From the NCBI GenBank assembly GCA_964562985.1, contig CAZLWE010000002.1:1630-65629 (forward strand): DNA of 64,000 bases, given 5' to 3'. The position numbers and the translations under genes are program-made. This DNA is from an uncultured Acidimicrobiales bacterium. Lineage in GTDB: Bacteria; Actinomycetota; Acidimicrobiia; Acidimicrobiales; SHLQ01. Position 1 is the first letter of the stretch; each line of letters opens with the position of its first letter. Shown here piece after piece: positions 1 to 9,112 of this stretch. The notes below the pieces were generated by a model. The model was not told where the DNA came from. It saw only the letters and a program-made list of their open reading frames with translations, and made no database searches.

Positions 1-627
1 GACTGCGACACGAACCCGAATCTGGGTCTGTCGCTCGGCGTCGGCGACATCGAGACCGAGCGCCTTCTGTCATTGCGCGACCAGATCGACGAAGGCGAAC
101 GCGAACATGCCGCCTCCTGGGACGACATACTCGATGCGTACGGCACCGACGCTCCTGACGGGGTTCGGCTCACCGTGGTCAACCGCATCGACAATCCCGA
201 ACCGGATTGACCGTGATGTGGGTTATCCGCTGAGCAGTTGCTCAGCTCCGTACCAGAATCCGAAACCGTCATCGTTGCCGACCTCGAGGCAGGCATCGGC
301 ACCCTCACCAGGTTGCCCGAAGGTTCCGTCGACTCAACCCTTGTGATCGTCGAGCCGACACCACGTTCCATCGACGTCGGCCAGCGGGCCGTGCTCGTGG
401 CCACCGAACGAAACCAGGGCCAGATCACGGTTGTCGCAAACAAGGTCGCCAACGACGAGGACGAAGCCCGAGTGCGTAGCGCGTTCGACCAATACGACGT
501 GCTGACCATTCCCGACGACCCGGTGGTCGTTGCCGCCGATCGTCGAGGCGAATCTCCAATCGACGTCGACCCGGACGCACCAGCCATCGCAGCAATTGGT
601 TACCTTGCCAAGCGCATAGCGCAGTGA
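1..627 (+). CDS. CooC/MinD-family P-loop ATPase, 5'-partial. The frame is interrupted by two in-frame TGA codons (208-210, 214-216)
   Basis: Frame 1 upstream reads DCDTNPNLGLSLGV..VVNRIDNPEPD. The same frame downstream reads CGLSAEQLL..VIVADLEAGIGTLTR..LVIVEPTPRSIDVG..VVANKV. Both halves resemble a single CooC-type ATPase. Confidence 0.6.
208..246 (+). other. Candidate selenocysteine recoding site: TGA-CCG-TGA followed by a 7-bp hairpin
   Basis: TGA at 208-210 and 214-216. Perfect stem GCTGAGC (229-235) / GCTCAGC (240-246) with an AGTT loop, starting 12 nt after the second TGA. Confidence 0.3.
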
Positions 628-794
628 ACCCATGGTGGGCCACTTTCATTGGCATCCCGACGGAACCACACACTCATGATCAGGGCTCGACAAGCTGAAC
701 CTCGAAGAACTTGGCGAAGATCAACCCGCAAACTCACGTATTCGAGCTCAACTCCGAAACCGGCAACCGTTGAAATACCAACGCTGAAGCCTTA

Positions 795-1166
795 GTGATG
801 AAAACCCCGCTCTGCTTGGAAAGCTCGAGCTCCATCACCGAACTGGCCTGGGCCGCTGGATCGCTCGTGACCACCGTGGAAGAACTCGCCGTGTTTCTCG
901 ATGCGCTCCTCGTCGAAGAACGGTTGATCTCATCCGATTCGCTGGAGGCGATGATCGGCAACGTCCCAGCAGGTGGCGACTACGGCCTTGGACTCGCACC
1001 CGGAACCGATTTCGGACTCGGGCACGGTGGCTCGATCTTCGGGTTCAATTCCGACGCCCAGCTCGACCCCGAAACCGGCGAAATGGTCATCGTCGTCGTC
1101 AACAAGGACATCCGCAGACCCTCCATCGCCACCGAACTCATCACCGACTTCGTAGGGATTGAGTAG
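795..1166 (+). pseudogene. C-terminal remnant of a beta-lactamase-family serine hydrolase
   Basis: Only about 120 aa are present, covering the C-terminal part (AAGSLVTTVEELAVFLDALL, GLGHGGSIFGF). The same frame upstream carries stops at 696-698 and 771-773. No N-terminal SxxK region is visible. Confidence 0.45.
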
Positions 1167-1382
1167 CCGAGAGATCAGCCTGTCACACCCCACCCGTAGT
1201 GTCGCTTGCATGGACACCAACCCCCAACGACTCACCGCTATGCGAACCGCCATCGAGCTTGGCGTCGATGAAGGCGACTTCACGTTCCGAAGCCTCGCGG
1301 AGCGTTCAATCTGGACCGAACTCGAAGCCGAGTTTCACGCCTTCGCTGACCGCGACGACCTCGTCTGGGTGGTGGTGGCGGC

Positions 1383-1985
1383 TTAACCTAGCCAGGCGCT
1401 CAAGCGCCTGAAGCTAAATAGGCGGCCGAGGGCTACTGCGACGGTTTCGCGGGCTCGTCTAGAGAAGCTCGTATCGTCGCTGGAGGCGACAACCTCGGCA
1501 TCGAGGCCGACCTCGGCGGCAATCTCTGCGCTTCGTCGAGCGTGGTACGCATCGGTCACAATCACGACCGTCTCTTCGGTATCTGCCAGCTGGTTTCTGG
1601 CTGCAAGCAGAGACTCGTAGGTGTCTCCCCCATCGGTGACGACCACAATCTCCTCTTCGGCGACACCTTGATTGCGAAGGTAGGTAAAGGCTGCGAAGCC
1701 TTCCGTGAACGTGTCACCAGGCTGATTCGCTCCCGTTGTCACGATGCGATCTGCCGCTCCCTCATTCCACAGCGAGAACGCGGTATCGAGACGCTGCTCC
1801 AGCACCGGCGAAGGCTCCCCGTTGTACTGCGCAGCGCCGAGCACCACGATCGCATCGCCGGTTGCCGCTGTGGCCTGGGCGTCATTGCCGGCGGAGGTCA
1901 CCTGAACAAAGACCACACCGAGCCACACCACGAGGAATCCAGCGAACAAGAGCGTCCCCCAACCAAGGACGCGACGAAGAATCAT
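1383..1985 (-). CDS. DUF218 / YdcF (SanA/ElyC-like) membrane-anchored protein
   Basis: N-terminal TM helix followed by DAIVVLGAAQYNGEPSPVLEQRLDTA..IVTTG, typical of the DUF218 family. Confidence 0.7.
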   Translation of the reverse strand: MILRRVLGWGTLLFAGFLVVWLGVVFVQVTSAGNDAQATAATGDAIVVLGAAQYNGEPSPVLEQRLDTAFSLWNEGAADRIVTTGANQPGDTFTEGFAAFTYLRNQGVAEEEIVVVTDGGDTYESLLAARNQLADTEETVVIVTDAYHARRSAEIAAEVGLDAEVVASSDDTSFSRRARETVAVALGRLFSFRRLSAWLG

Positions 1986-2059
1986 GGTCTGTATCCGGTC
2001 GCTTTGGGCGCCCGCACCCCGGCTTGACCTCGCGGCTTCACAACCACCATGCTACGCCC

Positions 2060-2704
2060 ATGCCCGCTTCCAATCTCGACGCCAAGCGAACCTTTGATGT
2101 CTCGGACCTCGACATGATCAGCTCTTACAAGCTCAGTACCGGGCTGATCGTGCCTCGTCCGATCGGTTGGATCGGCACAATTTCTGCCGACGGCGTACGC
2201 AACCTCGCGCCGTTCTCGTTCTTCAACGTTGTTGCCATGCACCCGCCAACATTCGTGATCGCTCCGGTCACCGCAGGCGGACGCAAAGACACGCTCAACA
2301 ACATCGAGGAGACCGGCGTCTTCACCGTCAACGTCGTGACAGAAGAGACGGTCGAGCCAATGAACGCAACCGCAGCGGCACTGCCACCCGAGGTGGACGA
2401 ATTTACCCACGTAGGGCTTACCCCCGTCACCTCCGAGACGTGTGCCGCCCCAATGGTGGGCGAAGCGGTGGCAAACTTTGAATGCACGCTCTCGCAAATG
2501 ATCCCGGTCGGCACCCCGACCGAAGATCAGGCAGGGCTTGGCATGTTGATCATCGGCGAGGCCACCCGGATTCATATCGCCGAACGGGTCGTCTCCGATG
2601 ACCTCCGCATCGACCAGCAGGAGCTTCGGGCGGTGGGTCGACACGTGGGCAACGCCTACTGCATGACCGCAGGGTCGCTCTTCGACATCGACAGGCCTGA
2701 ATAA
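2060..2704 (+). CDS. Flavin reductase-like FMN-binding (split-barrel) protein
   Basis: VPRPIGWIGTISADGVRNLAPFSFFN motif. Start moved to the ATG at 2060, because the upstream part of ORF 1736.. is Arg/Pro-rich off-frame text overlapping the DUF218 gene. Confidence 0.8.
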   Translation: MPASNLDAKRTFDVSDLDMISSYKLSTGLIVPRPIGWIGTISADGVRNLAPFSFFNVVAMHPPTFVIAPVTAGGRKDTLNNIEETGVFTVNVVTEETVEPMNATAAALPPEVDEFTHVGLTPVTSETCAAPMVGEAVANFECTLSQMIPVGTPTEDQAGLGMLIIGEATRIHIAERVVSDDLRIDQQELRAVGRHVGNAYCMTAGSLFDIDRPE

Positions 2705-2721
2705 CCCGCTACGGTCGCCGC

Positions 2722-3534
2722 CTATGGCAGCACTTGCTCATCAACGTCGACACCGTCGAAGAGCAACACCGCCGTCGTGGGCCCCTCGGGGACTCCCTCT
2801 ACCCGCACGCTAGCAATCGCTGAGGAACCACTGGGAATCTCTTGATGGATGAAGCGGACCAAGGCTGGAATTCGCTCGCCGTCCGCGTCCTGAACCTCGA
2901 TTGTGAATCCTTCGGTTGACACGACCGGCTCATCACTGGCATTCGAGATTCGGATAGCAAATGACCGAGTGCCCTGATTTATCGGGTCTATGTCATATAC
3001 CGACAATCCAATGTTCCCGGCCAACGGCGACGAAGCCGTCGGGACTTGCTCTGTTGGCTCGGGCGCCGGGGGATCGCTCGACCCGACCGGCTCATCGGTG
3101 GAGTCCGCTGCGGTCACATCTTCGACCTCTACCGCCGGGGCGACATCGGTGCCATCGTCGACTACCGCGTCGTTCTCTTCGACCGCGCCAGCCACCTCGG
3201 CCTGGACCTCGACATCGGCTATTGGCCCTGATCCGACAAACACCGTCCAGGCAGCAAAGCCAATGAGGGCCAGACCGACCAGGACCATGGTGGTCAACAC
3301 GACAAGCGTTCTCGACGTGCCCGATTGTACGTTCTCACGCGGCTGCTCCGGAACCGCAAGGCTGGCCGGACGGACGCTTAGTCGATCGGGCTGAGTGCGA
3401 AGGGGATCTCGTCGTCGACGATGATCATGGCTGCGTGCGCTGTTCCTGCCGTGGCGCGCGACTACTTTCGCTAGTAGCGCTTCGCCCTCCTCGGTGAGAA
3501 CGGGAGCAACAGGATCCTTATCTTCGTCGTTCAC
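2722..3534 (-). CDS. Hypothetical single-pass membrane protein
   Basis: Basic N-terminus, one TM (LVVLTTMVLVGLALIGFAAWTVFV), an acidic linker and a C-terminal beta-rich domain. No family recognised. Confidence 0.5.
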   Translation of the reverse strand: MNDEDKDPVAPVLTEEGEALLAKVVARHGRNSARSHDHRRRRDPLRTQPDRLSVRPASLAVPEQPRENVQSGTSRTLVVLTTMVLVGLALIGFAAWTVFVGSGPIADVEVQAEVAGAVEENDAVVDDGTDVAPAVEVEDVTAADSTDEPVGSSDPPAPEPTEQVPTASSPLAGNIGLSVYDIDPINQGTRSFAIRISNASDEPVVSTEGFTIEVQDADGERIPALVRFIHQEIPSGSSAIASVRVEGVPEGPTTAVLLFDGVDVDEQVLP

Positions 3535-3617
3535 AGTTGCACGCCCCTAACACTCGACGCCTCACAAAAATACCACCTGAGGCACAACTAGTGCAATAGC
3601 GCGCTACTCAGGGTGGC

Positions 3618-5030
3618 CTACCCGTCGGTAAGGAAGCGCAACAGCTTCTGGAAACGAGCGACCACCACGTCGCGCTCGAGCGTTGTCACCGCATCCCAAA
3701 TCGGTATCCCAGCGGTGGATCCGGTGATGGCCGCGCGAGCCGGAACTTGCGAGCGTGCGCCGAGTTCGTTCCCGACCTCGCCTACCGCTTCGTTCATCGC
3801 CTCAGCAGTCCACTCAACGCTGTCGAAACGCTCGATGAGGGCAGTGAGTATTTCGGGAACGAGCTTGCCTTTGCGAATCCCTTTGGTCCAGCCCTTGTTC
3901 TCGTTGTCGAACTCCACCTCGTCGGTGAATAGCCACCCGATGAAACGCGGGATATCGGCGAACTTCTCGACCCGCTGCTGCACCTCGCCAGCCACCATCG
4001 CAAATACCTCGGGGCGATAGGCACCATTTTCCCACGAAACCTCGGTGTCGAGACCGTAAACGAACGGCTCAGCTTTGTCGATGAAGTCCTCCACCGGGAG
4101 CGCTCGAATGTACTCACCGTTGATGTGATTGAGCTTCGTCACGTCAAAGAAGGCCGAGCCCTTGTTCACGTTCTCCAGCTTGAACAGCTCAATGATCTCC
4201 GTAATAGGGCGAATCTCGACATCGTCGGGCGGGCCCCAACCCAGCAAGGCCAGATGATTCACCATGGCCTCTGGGAGATAGCCCTGACGCAAGAAGTCCA
4301 TCAGCGACACATCATCTCGTCGCTTGGACAGCTTCTTTCGCTTGTCGTTTACAAGCAATGGCAGGTGGGCGTACGTGGGCTTGTCACCGAAATTCAGCGC
4401 ATCCCAAATCAACATGACCTTTGGAGTGGTGTTCAGAAGATCCTCTCCGCGAATGACGTGGGTGATACTCATGTCTGCGTCATCAACTGCATTCGCGACG
4501 AGGAAGGTCGGGGTTCCGTCGCTTCGGCGCACGACGAAGTCTTCGAGATCCGCGCATGAAAAGGTCACCTCACCGCGAATCACGTCCTCGATGACGATCT
4601 GCCCCTCGTCGGGAGTACGAAAGCGGACCACACAATCTGGGCCGTCGGAGAGTCCCTTATCTCGAGACCATCCGTGATACCCCGATGGAAGTCCCGCCTC
4701 CTTGGCAAGTTCGTCGGACTGCTCTCGAGTGAGGTTGCAGAAATAGGCGTGGCCGGATTCGACGAGCTGCTCAACAGCGTCGACGTGGAGTCGTTGGCGT
4801 TGAGATTGATAGTAGGGCCCCTCATCCCAGTCGATTCCGAGCGTTTGCAACGGCTTCACGATGGCATCGATGTACTCGGGCTTGCGTAGCGCCGCGTCGG
4901 TATCCTCAATTCGCAGGATCATCTCGCCACCGGTGGAACGGGCGTAGAGCCAGTTGAATAGAGCTGAACGTGCCGATCCGACGTGCAGGAAGCCGGTTGG
5001 GGCTGGCGCAAAGCGCACTCGTGTATTCAC
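3618..5030 (-). CDS. gltX: Glutamate--tRNA ligase
   Basis: RVRFAPAPTGFLHVGSARSALFNWLYAR (HIGH-type motif) and KLSKRR (KMSKS-type motif), 470 aa. Confidence 0.95.
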   Translation of the reverse strand: MNTRVRFAPAPTGFLHVGSARSALFNWLYARSTGGEMILRIEDTDAALRKPEYIDAIVKPLQTLGIDWDEGPYYQSQRQRLHVDAVEQLVESGHAYFCNLTREQSDELAKEAGLPSGYHGWSRDKGLSDGPDCVVRFRTPDEGQIVIEDVIRGEVTFSCADLEDFVVRRSDGTPTFLVANAVDDADMSITHVIRGEDLLNTTPKVMLIWDALNFGDKPTYAHLPLLVNDKRKKLSKRRDDVSLMDFLRQGYLPEAMVNHLALLGWGPPDDVEIRPITEIIELFKLENVNKGSAFFDVTKLNHINGEYIRALPVEDFIDKAEPFVYGLDTEVSWENGAYRPEVFAMVAGEVQQRVEKFADIPRFIGWLFTDEVEFDNENKGWTKGIRKGKLVPEILTALIERFDSVEWTAEAMNEAVGEVGNELGARSQVPARAAITGSTAGIPIWDAVTTLERDVVVARFQKLLRFLTDG

Positions 5031-5056
5031 GATGGCACAGGCTAGCGACCGTGAGC

Positions 5057-5578
5057 CTAGAACCGGAGTTGATCTCGCCAGTCTGCGCGATAGCGCGTCG
5101 CGACCTCGTCAGGCGTTTGCTTCAGAACCTCAGCGCTGACCATGTCTGCGATAGCACGTCGTTCGAAGTAATGGAAGGAGTAGTGGACCTCCGCGAACGC
5201 CTCTTTGCGGAACTTCACCAGCTCTGGATCGGCTCCCTCATCGAGGAACCCGAACAGGGTGTAGGCAATACGCAGGTCATGCACAACGGGTGCCCGATGG
5301 AACTGCGACGCCCGCTTGAGAGCCACGCCTACGCAGCCAGCGTCGACGTCACCTCGGTATTCGCCATCGGTGAGGATGAGCTTGGTATCGAACAGTGGAG
5401 TCAACGTGAGGACGAAGCCCTGATCGGGCCCTTGGGCGCCGAGACGTCCACCATCACCGGCGGGAGTACCGAAGGTCTCTCCCGGTCGATTCGCAGCGCC
5501 CTTGCCCGCGCGTTGCGGCGGCGAAGAGTAGTGGCGTTTTGTTGTGGGAGCTGCGGGAACGAATTCAGGTGCGGCCAT
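5057..5578 (-). CDS. Hypothetical protein
   Basis: 173-aa ORF with coding-like composition in its C-terminal two thirds. No family recognised. Confidence 0.45.
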   Translation of the reverse strand: MAAPEFVPAAPTTKRHYSSPPQRAGKGAANRPGETFGTPAGDGGRLGAQGPDQGFVLTLTPLFDTKLILTDGEYRGDVDAGCVGVALKRASQFHRAPVVHDLRIAYTLFGFLDEGADPELVKFRKEAFAEVHYSFHYFERRAIADMVSAEVLKQTPDEVATRYRADWRDQLRF

Positions 5579-5587
5579 GGCTTTAGC

Positions 5588-6163
5588 CTAGGCCGCGGAC
5601 TGCCCGAGATCTGCGCTGTTTGAAATTCCGATGCGTGCGATGATCGGCTGACGACTCGACGACCGGCGATCTCTGCGAAGCGTCGCACGCTCCAGAAATT
5701 CGACAGCAGCGGTGAGTTCGAGTCCGAAGATTTCCGCGAGGTCCATGGCCAGCTGCTCGTCCTCGGTATCCAACATGGAGAAGATGATGTCGGCTTCCTG
5801 GTCACGCATGTACACAAGGCCGTTGTCGGGCAGATGTCGCATGCGACGAATACTCTTCGCGACAACATCGAGCATCTCACGGTTGGTTGGCGATGTGAGT
5901 CCCTCGAAGCAATTGAGCCAGCTGAGCACCACGTTCCAACCCGCCTCGGGCACGTTGGCCTGGCAGTCATCGGAGTACAGGCTTGCGAGCTTGCGAAGCA
6001 AAACGGCATCGGGCCCGACCTTGTCGGCCTCAATGCCAAGTAAATGAGTAATCGACTGCCCGGTCACCCGAGAGACTTCACCCAGTGTGATATCCGACGC
6101 TTCGCGCCATTCGCGCAATGCGCCACCGAGGGTCTCTCCCGTGCGGGGATCTTCGTACACCAT
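5588..6163 (-). CDS. XRE-family helix-turn-helix regulator
   Basis: N-terminal LREWREASDITLGEVSRVTGQSITHLLGIEADK HTH-like segment. Confidence 0.6.
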   Translation of the reverse strand: MVYEDPRTGETLGGALREWREASDITLGEVSRVTGQSITHLLGIEADKVGPDAVLLRKLASLYSDDCQANVPEAGWNVVLSWLNCFEGLTSPTNREMLDVVAKSIRRMRHLPDNGLVYMRDQEADIIFSMLDTEDEQLAMDLAEIFGLELTAAVEFLERATLRRDRRSSSRQPIIARIGISNSADLGQSAA

Positions 6164-6279
6164 CGTTGCTCCTAAAGGTCGCCACTGTACGAGTCGGCGA
6201 ATTTGGGTGACCGTTTAGTAACGAAACACGATTGCTAGCAAAATAGGGCAACTTGCGCCAAAAAGTGAGTTCGGGTCGG

Positions 6280-7944
6280 CTACTCCTGGTGGAGTAAGCC
6301 AAAGACAACCGAATCGGCAAGTGCTTGCCAACTGGCCTCGATGATGTTCTCGCTGACGCCCATCGTCGACCATGTCTTTTGGCCGTTGGTCGACTCGAGC
6401 AATACTCGCGTGATTGCACCGGTGCCTTCACCGGTGTCGAGGACTCGCACCTTGTAATCGGTGAGTGAAATGGCCGCGAGTTCGTCGGCATAGTGTCGCC
6501 GGAGGCCAAACCGGAGCGCGGCGTCGAGGGCGTTGACCGGACCGTTCCCCTCGCCGGTCGCCACGATCCGTTCCTCGCCAACCCACAGCTTCACGGTTGC
6601 TTCGGTCTCCACTTCAACGGTCTTGTGGGTCCATGCTCGACCGCCCGAACCGGAGCGGTGATCGAGGTTTACGCGGAAGCTCTCCAGCCGGAAATAATCC
6701 TGTTCCCATCCCGCCGCGCTTCGCATCAGCAGCTCAAGCGATGCATCCGCAGCCTCGAAGTGGTAACCCTCGTATTCGAGACGCTTGAGCGTGTCGGTGA
6801 TGTCACCGAGGACTTTCCCGTCGATATCGATCCCGAGCGCCTCGGCCTTCAAGGCGAGCGTCGAACGGCCAGCCATGTCCGAAACGAGAAAGCGGGTGCC
6901 ATTGCCGACGGTGCTGGGGTCGATGTGTTCGTACGCGTCCGGGCGTCGGGCGATCGCGGAGGTATGTAGTCCCGCCTTGTGCGCAAAGGCCGTCGCACCC
7001 ACGTACGGCTGTTGTGGATCGGCGGCGAAGTTGACCAAATCTGCGACGCTGTGGGCAACACTGGTGAGATTTTGCAACGCCGCCTCGCCGATAGTTTCGA
7101 CCCCCATCTTGAGCGAGAGGTTTGCGATAACCGGGACGAGGTCGCAGTTGCCAACCCGTTCGCCGTAGCCGTTGATCGTGCCCTGCACTTGTGAGGCTCC
7201 ACCGCGTACGCCCGCGAGCGCATTGGCCACGCCGCATCCGGTGTCGTTGTGCAGATGCACACCGACATCGCACGTTCCGTCCGCCCCGCCAAGGTGGTCG
7301 TACACATCAGCAACCATGCGCTCAACATCGGTCGGAAGCGAGCCTCCGTTAGTGTCACACAGAACCAGGCAGTCCGCTCCAGCGACGGCCGCTGCTTCGA
7401 GGACGGCGAGGCTGAATTCTGGGTTGCGTCGGTAGCCGTCGAAGAAGTGCTCAGCGTCGAAGAAGACCTTTTTGCCCTCGCCCGTCAAGAATGCGATCGA
7501 GTCGGCGACCATGGCGATGCCCTCATCGAGGGTGGTCTGCAACGCTTCGGTGACGTGGTAATCCCAGGTTTTGCCGACGATGCACACCACGCCGGTCTCT
7601 GCGCTGAGCAGATTTTGCAACGTCGGGTCGGTATCGCTCTTGCCCTTGGCCCGACGCGTCGATCCGAACGCGACCATCTGTGCTGTCTTGAGGTCGAGTT
7701 CGCCGCGAGCGCGCTCGAAAAACTCGACATCTTTCGGGTTCGCTCCGGGCCAGCCTCCCTCGATGTAGGTGACGCCGAGCCGATCGAGTTGACGGGCGAT
7801 CTTGAGCTTGTCTTCAACGGTGAGCGAGATGCCTTCGAGCTGGCTGCCGTCACGCAAGGTCGTGTCGTAGATTTCGACGCGCGACGGCTGACGGTCGGTG
7901 CGATCGATCCCTGTTAGGTCGCCCTGGACACCCGAATCGGTCAT
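6280..7944 (-). CDS. cimA: Citramalate synthase (2-isopropylmalate synthase family)
   Basis: [55 protein letters not shown], and a C-terminal LeuA-dimer-like domain. Overlaps leuB by 4 nt. Confidence 0.8.
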   Translation of the reverse strand: MTDSGVQGDLTGIDRTDRQPSRVEIYDTTLRDGSQLEGISLTVEDKLKIARQLDRLGVTYIEGGWPGANPKDVEFFERARGELDLKTAQMVAFGSTRRAKGKSDTDPTLQNLLSAETGVVCIVGKTWDYHVTEALQTTLDEGIAMVADSIAFLTGEGKKVFFDAEHFFDGYRRNPEFSLAVLEAAAVAGADCLVLCDTNGGSLPTDVERMVADVYDHLGGADGTCDVGVHLHNDTGCGVANALAGVRGGASQVQGTINGYGERVGNCDLVPVIANLSLKMGVETIGEAALQNLTSVAHSVADLVNFAADPQQPYVGATAFAHKAGLHTSAIARRPDAYEHIDPSTVGNGTRFLVSDMAGRSTLALKAEALGIDIDGKVLGDITDTLKRLEYEGYHFEAADASLELLMRSAAGWEQDYFRLESFRVNLDHRSGSGGRAWTHKTVEVETEATVKLWVGEERIVATGEGNGPVNALDAALRFGLRRHYADELAAISLTDYKVRVLDTGEGTGAITRVLLESTNGQKTWSTMGVSENIIEASWQALADSVVFGLLHQE

Positions 7945-8912
7945 AGCGCAGCGATCACCAAGTCGGCGAGTTCGACGGTGGTTCCGGATTCGGCGGCGAC
8001 CTTCTCGACCGCGCTCGTGATTCGCTCAGCTGCGGCGGTTTCGCCAAGGTGAGCGAGCATCATGGCACCCGACGAGATGGCAGCGAGCGGGTTCGCGATG
8101 CCCTGACCGGCAATGTCTGGTGCGGAGCCGTGGACCGGCTCAAACATCGAGACACCTTCTGGGTTGAGGTTTGCCGACGAGGCCAGGCCGACCCCACCTG
8201 ACACCGCACCACCGAGATCGGTGAGGATGTCGCCGAACAGATTGTCGGTCACGACGACGTCGTAACGCTGAGGATCTTCAACGAAATAGATGCAGGCAGC
8301 GTCGACGTGGTTGTAGGCGGTCTCGACGCCTGGGAACTCCGCAGCAACGTCGTCAAAGGTGCGTTGCCAGAGGTCTCCCGAGAACGTCAAGACGTTCGTC
8401 TTGTGCACCAGGGTCAGGTGGTTGTTGCGCTTGGTGGCCAAGTCGAACGCGTAGCGAACGCAACGTTCTACCCCGTGGCGAGTATTGACCGAGCCTTGGG
8501 TCGCGATCTCGGCGGGCGTCCCTTTGCGAAGGAAGCCGCCCTCACCGGCATAGGTCCCCTCGGTGTTCTCTCGAACGACAACGAAATCGTGCGATCCGTC
8601 CGGGGCGAGGAACGGGCGATGGTTGATGTAGAGGTCGAGTTCGAAACGCATCCGGAGCAACAAACCACGTTCGATGACCCCAGGCGGGACATCGGGGGAA
8701 CCGACCGCACCCAGGTAGAGAGCGTCAAGGTCGCGCCACTCGGCGATGATCTCGTCGGTGAGGGTCACCTCGTCACGGAGATACCGCTGACCTCCGAGGT
8801 CATAGTCGACCGTATCGAGGTCGACGCCGGCAGCCTCGATAACGCGCAGCCCTTGCGCAATAACTGCGGGGCCAATGCCATCGCCACCAACGATTCCAAC
8901 CTTGTGAGCCAT
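7941..8912 (-). CDS. leuB: 3-isopropylmalate dehydrogenase
   Basis: [67 protein letters not shown], collinear with actinobacterial LeuB. Confidence 0.9.
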   Translation of the reverse strand: MAHKVGIVGGDGIGPAVIAQGLRVIEAAGVDLDTVDYDLGGQRYLRDEVTLTDEIIAEWRDLDALYLGAVGSPDVPPGVIERGLLLRMRFELDLYINHRPFLAPDGSHDFVVVRENTEGTYAGEGGFLRKGTPAEIATQGSVNTRHGVERCVRYAFDLATKRNNHLTLVHKTNVLTFSGDLWQRTFDDVAAEFPGVETAYNHVDAACIYFVEDPQRYDVVVTDNLFGDILTDLGGAVSGGVGLASSANLNPEGVSMFEPVHGSAPDIAGQGIANPLAAISSGAMMLAHLGETAAAERITSAVEKVAAESGTTVELADLVIAAL

Positions 8913-9112
8913 GAGGTCCTCTCTAGAAACAGACTCGACAAGTGTATGGGCAGTGCGTTGCGGAGCGGAATTCGGTCGACATAGGACGCAGATACGGCGA
9001 ATCCACCAAACTTGGTGGAAGTAGGTCTGCTATCGGTTGAAAACAGCACTTCTTTACAACTGCTGCCGATTGGCGTTGCATCGTCCATGGCGGGGCGACT
9101 GGAGAAGTCCCG

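Noticed and set aside
1736-2059. N-terminal 108-aa extension of the flavin-reductase ORF.
   Set aside because: It is Arg/Pro-rich and overlaps the DUF218 gene on the opposite strand. The family-typical sequence begins at the ATG at 2060.
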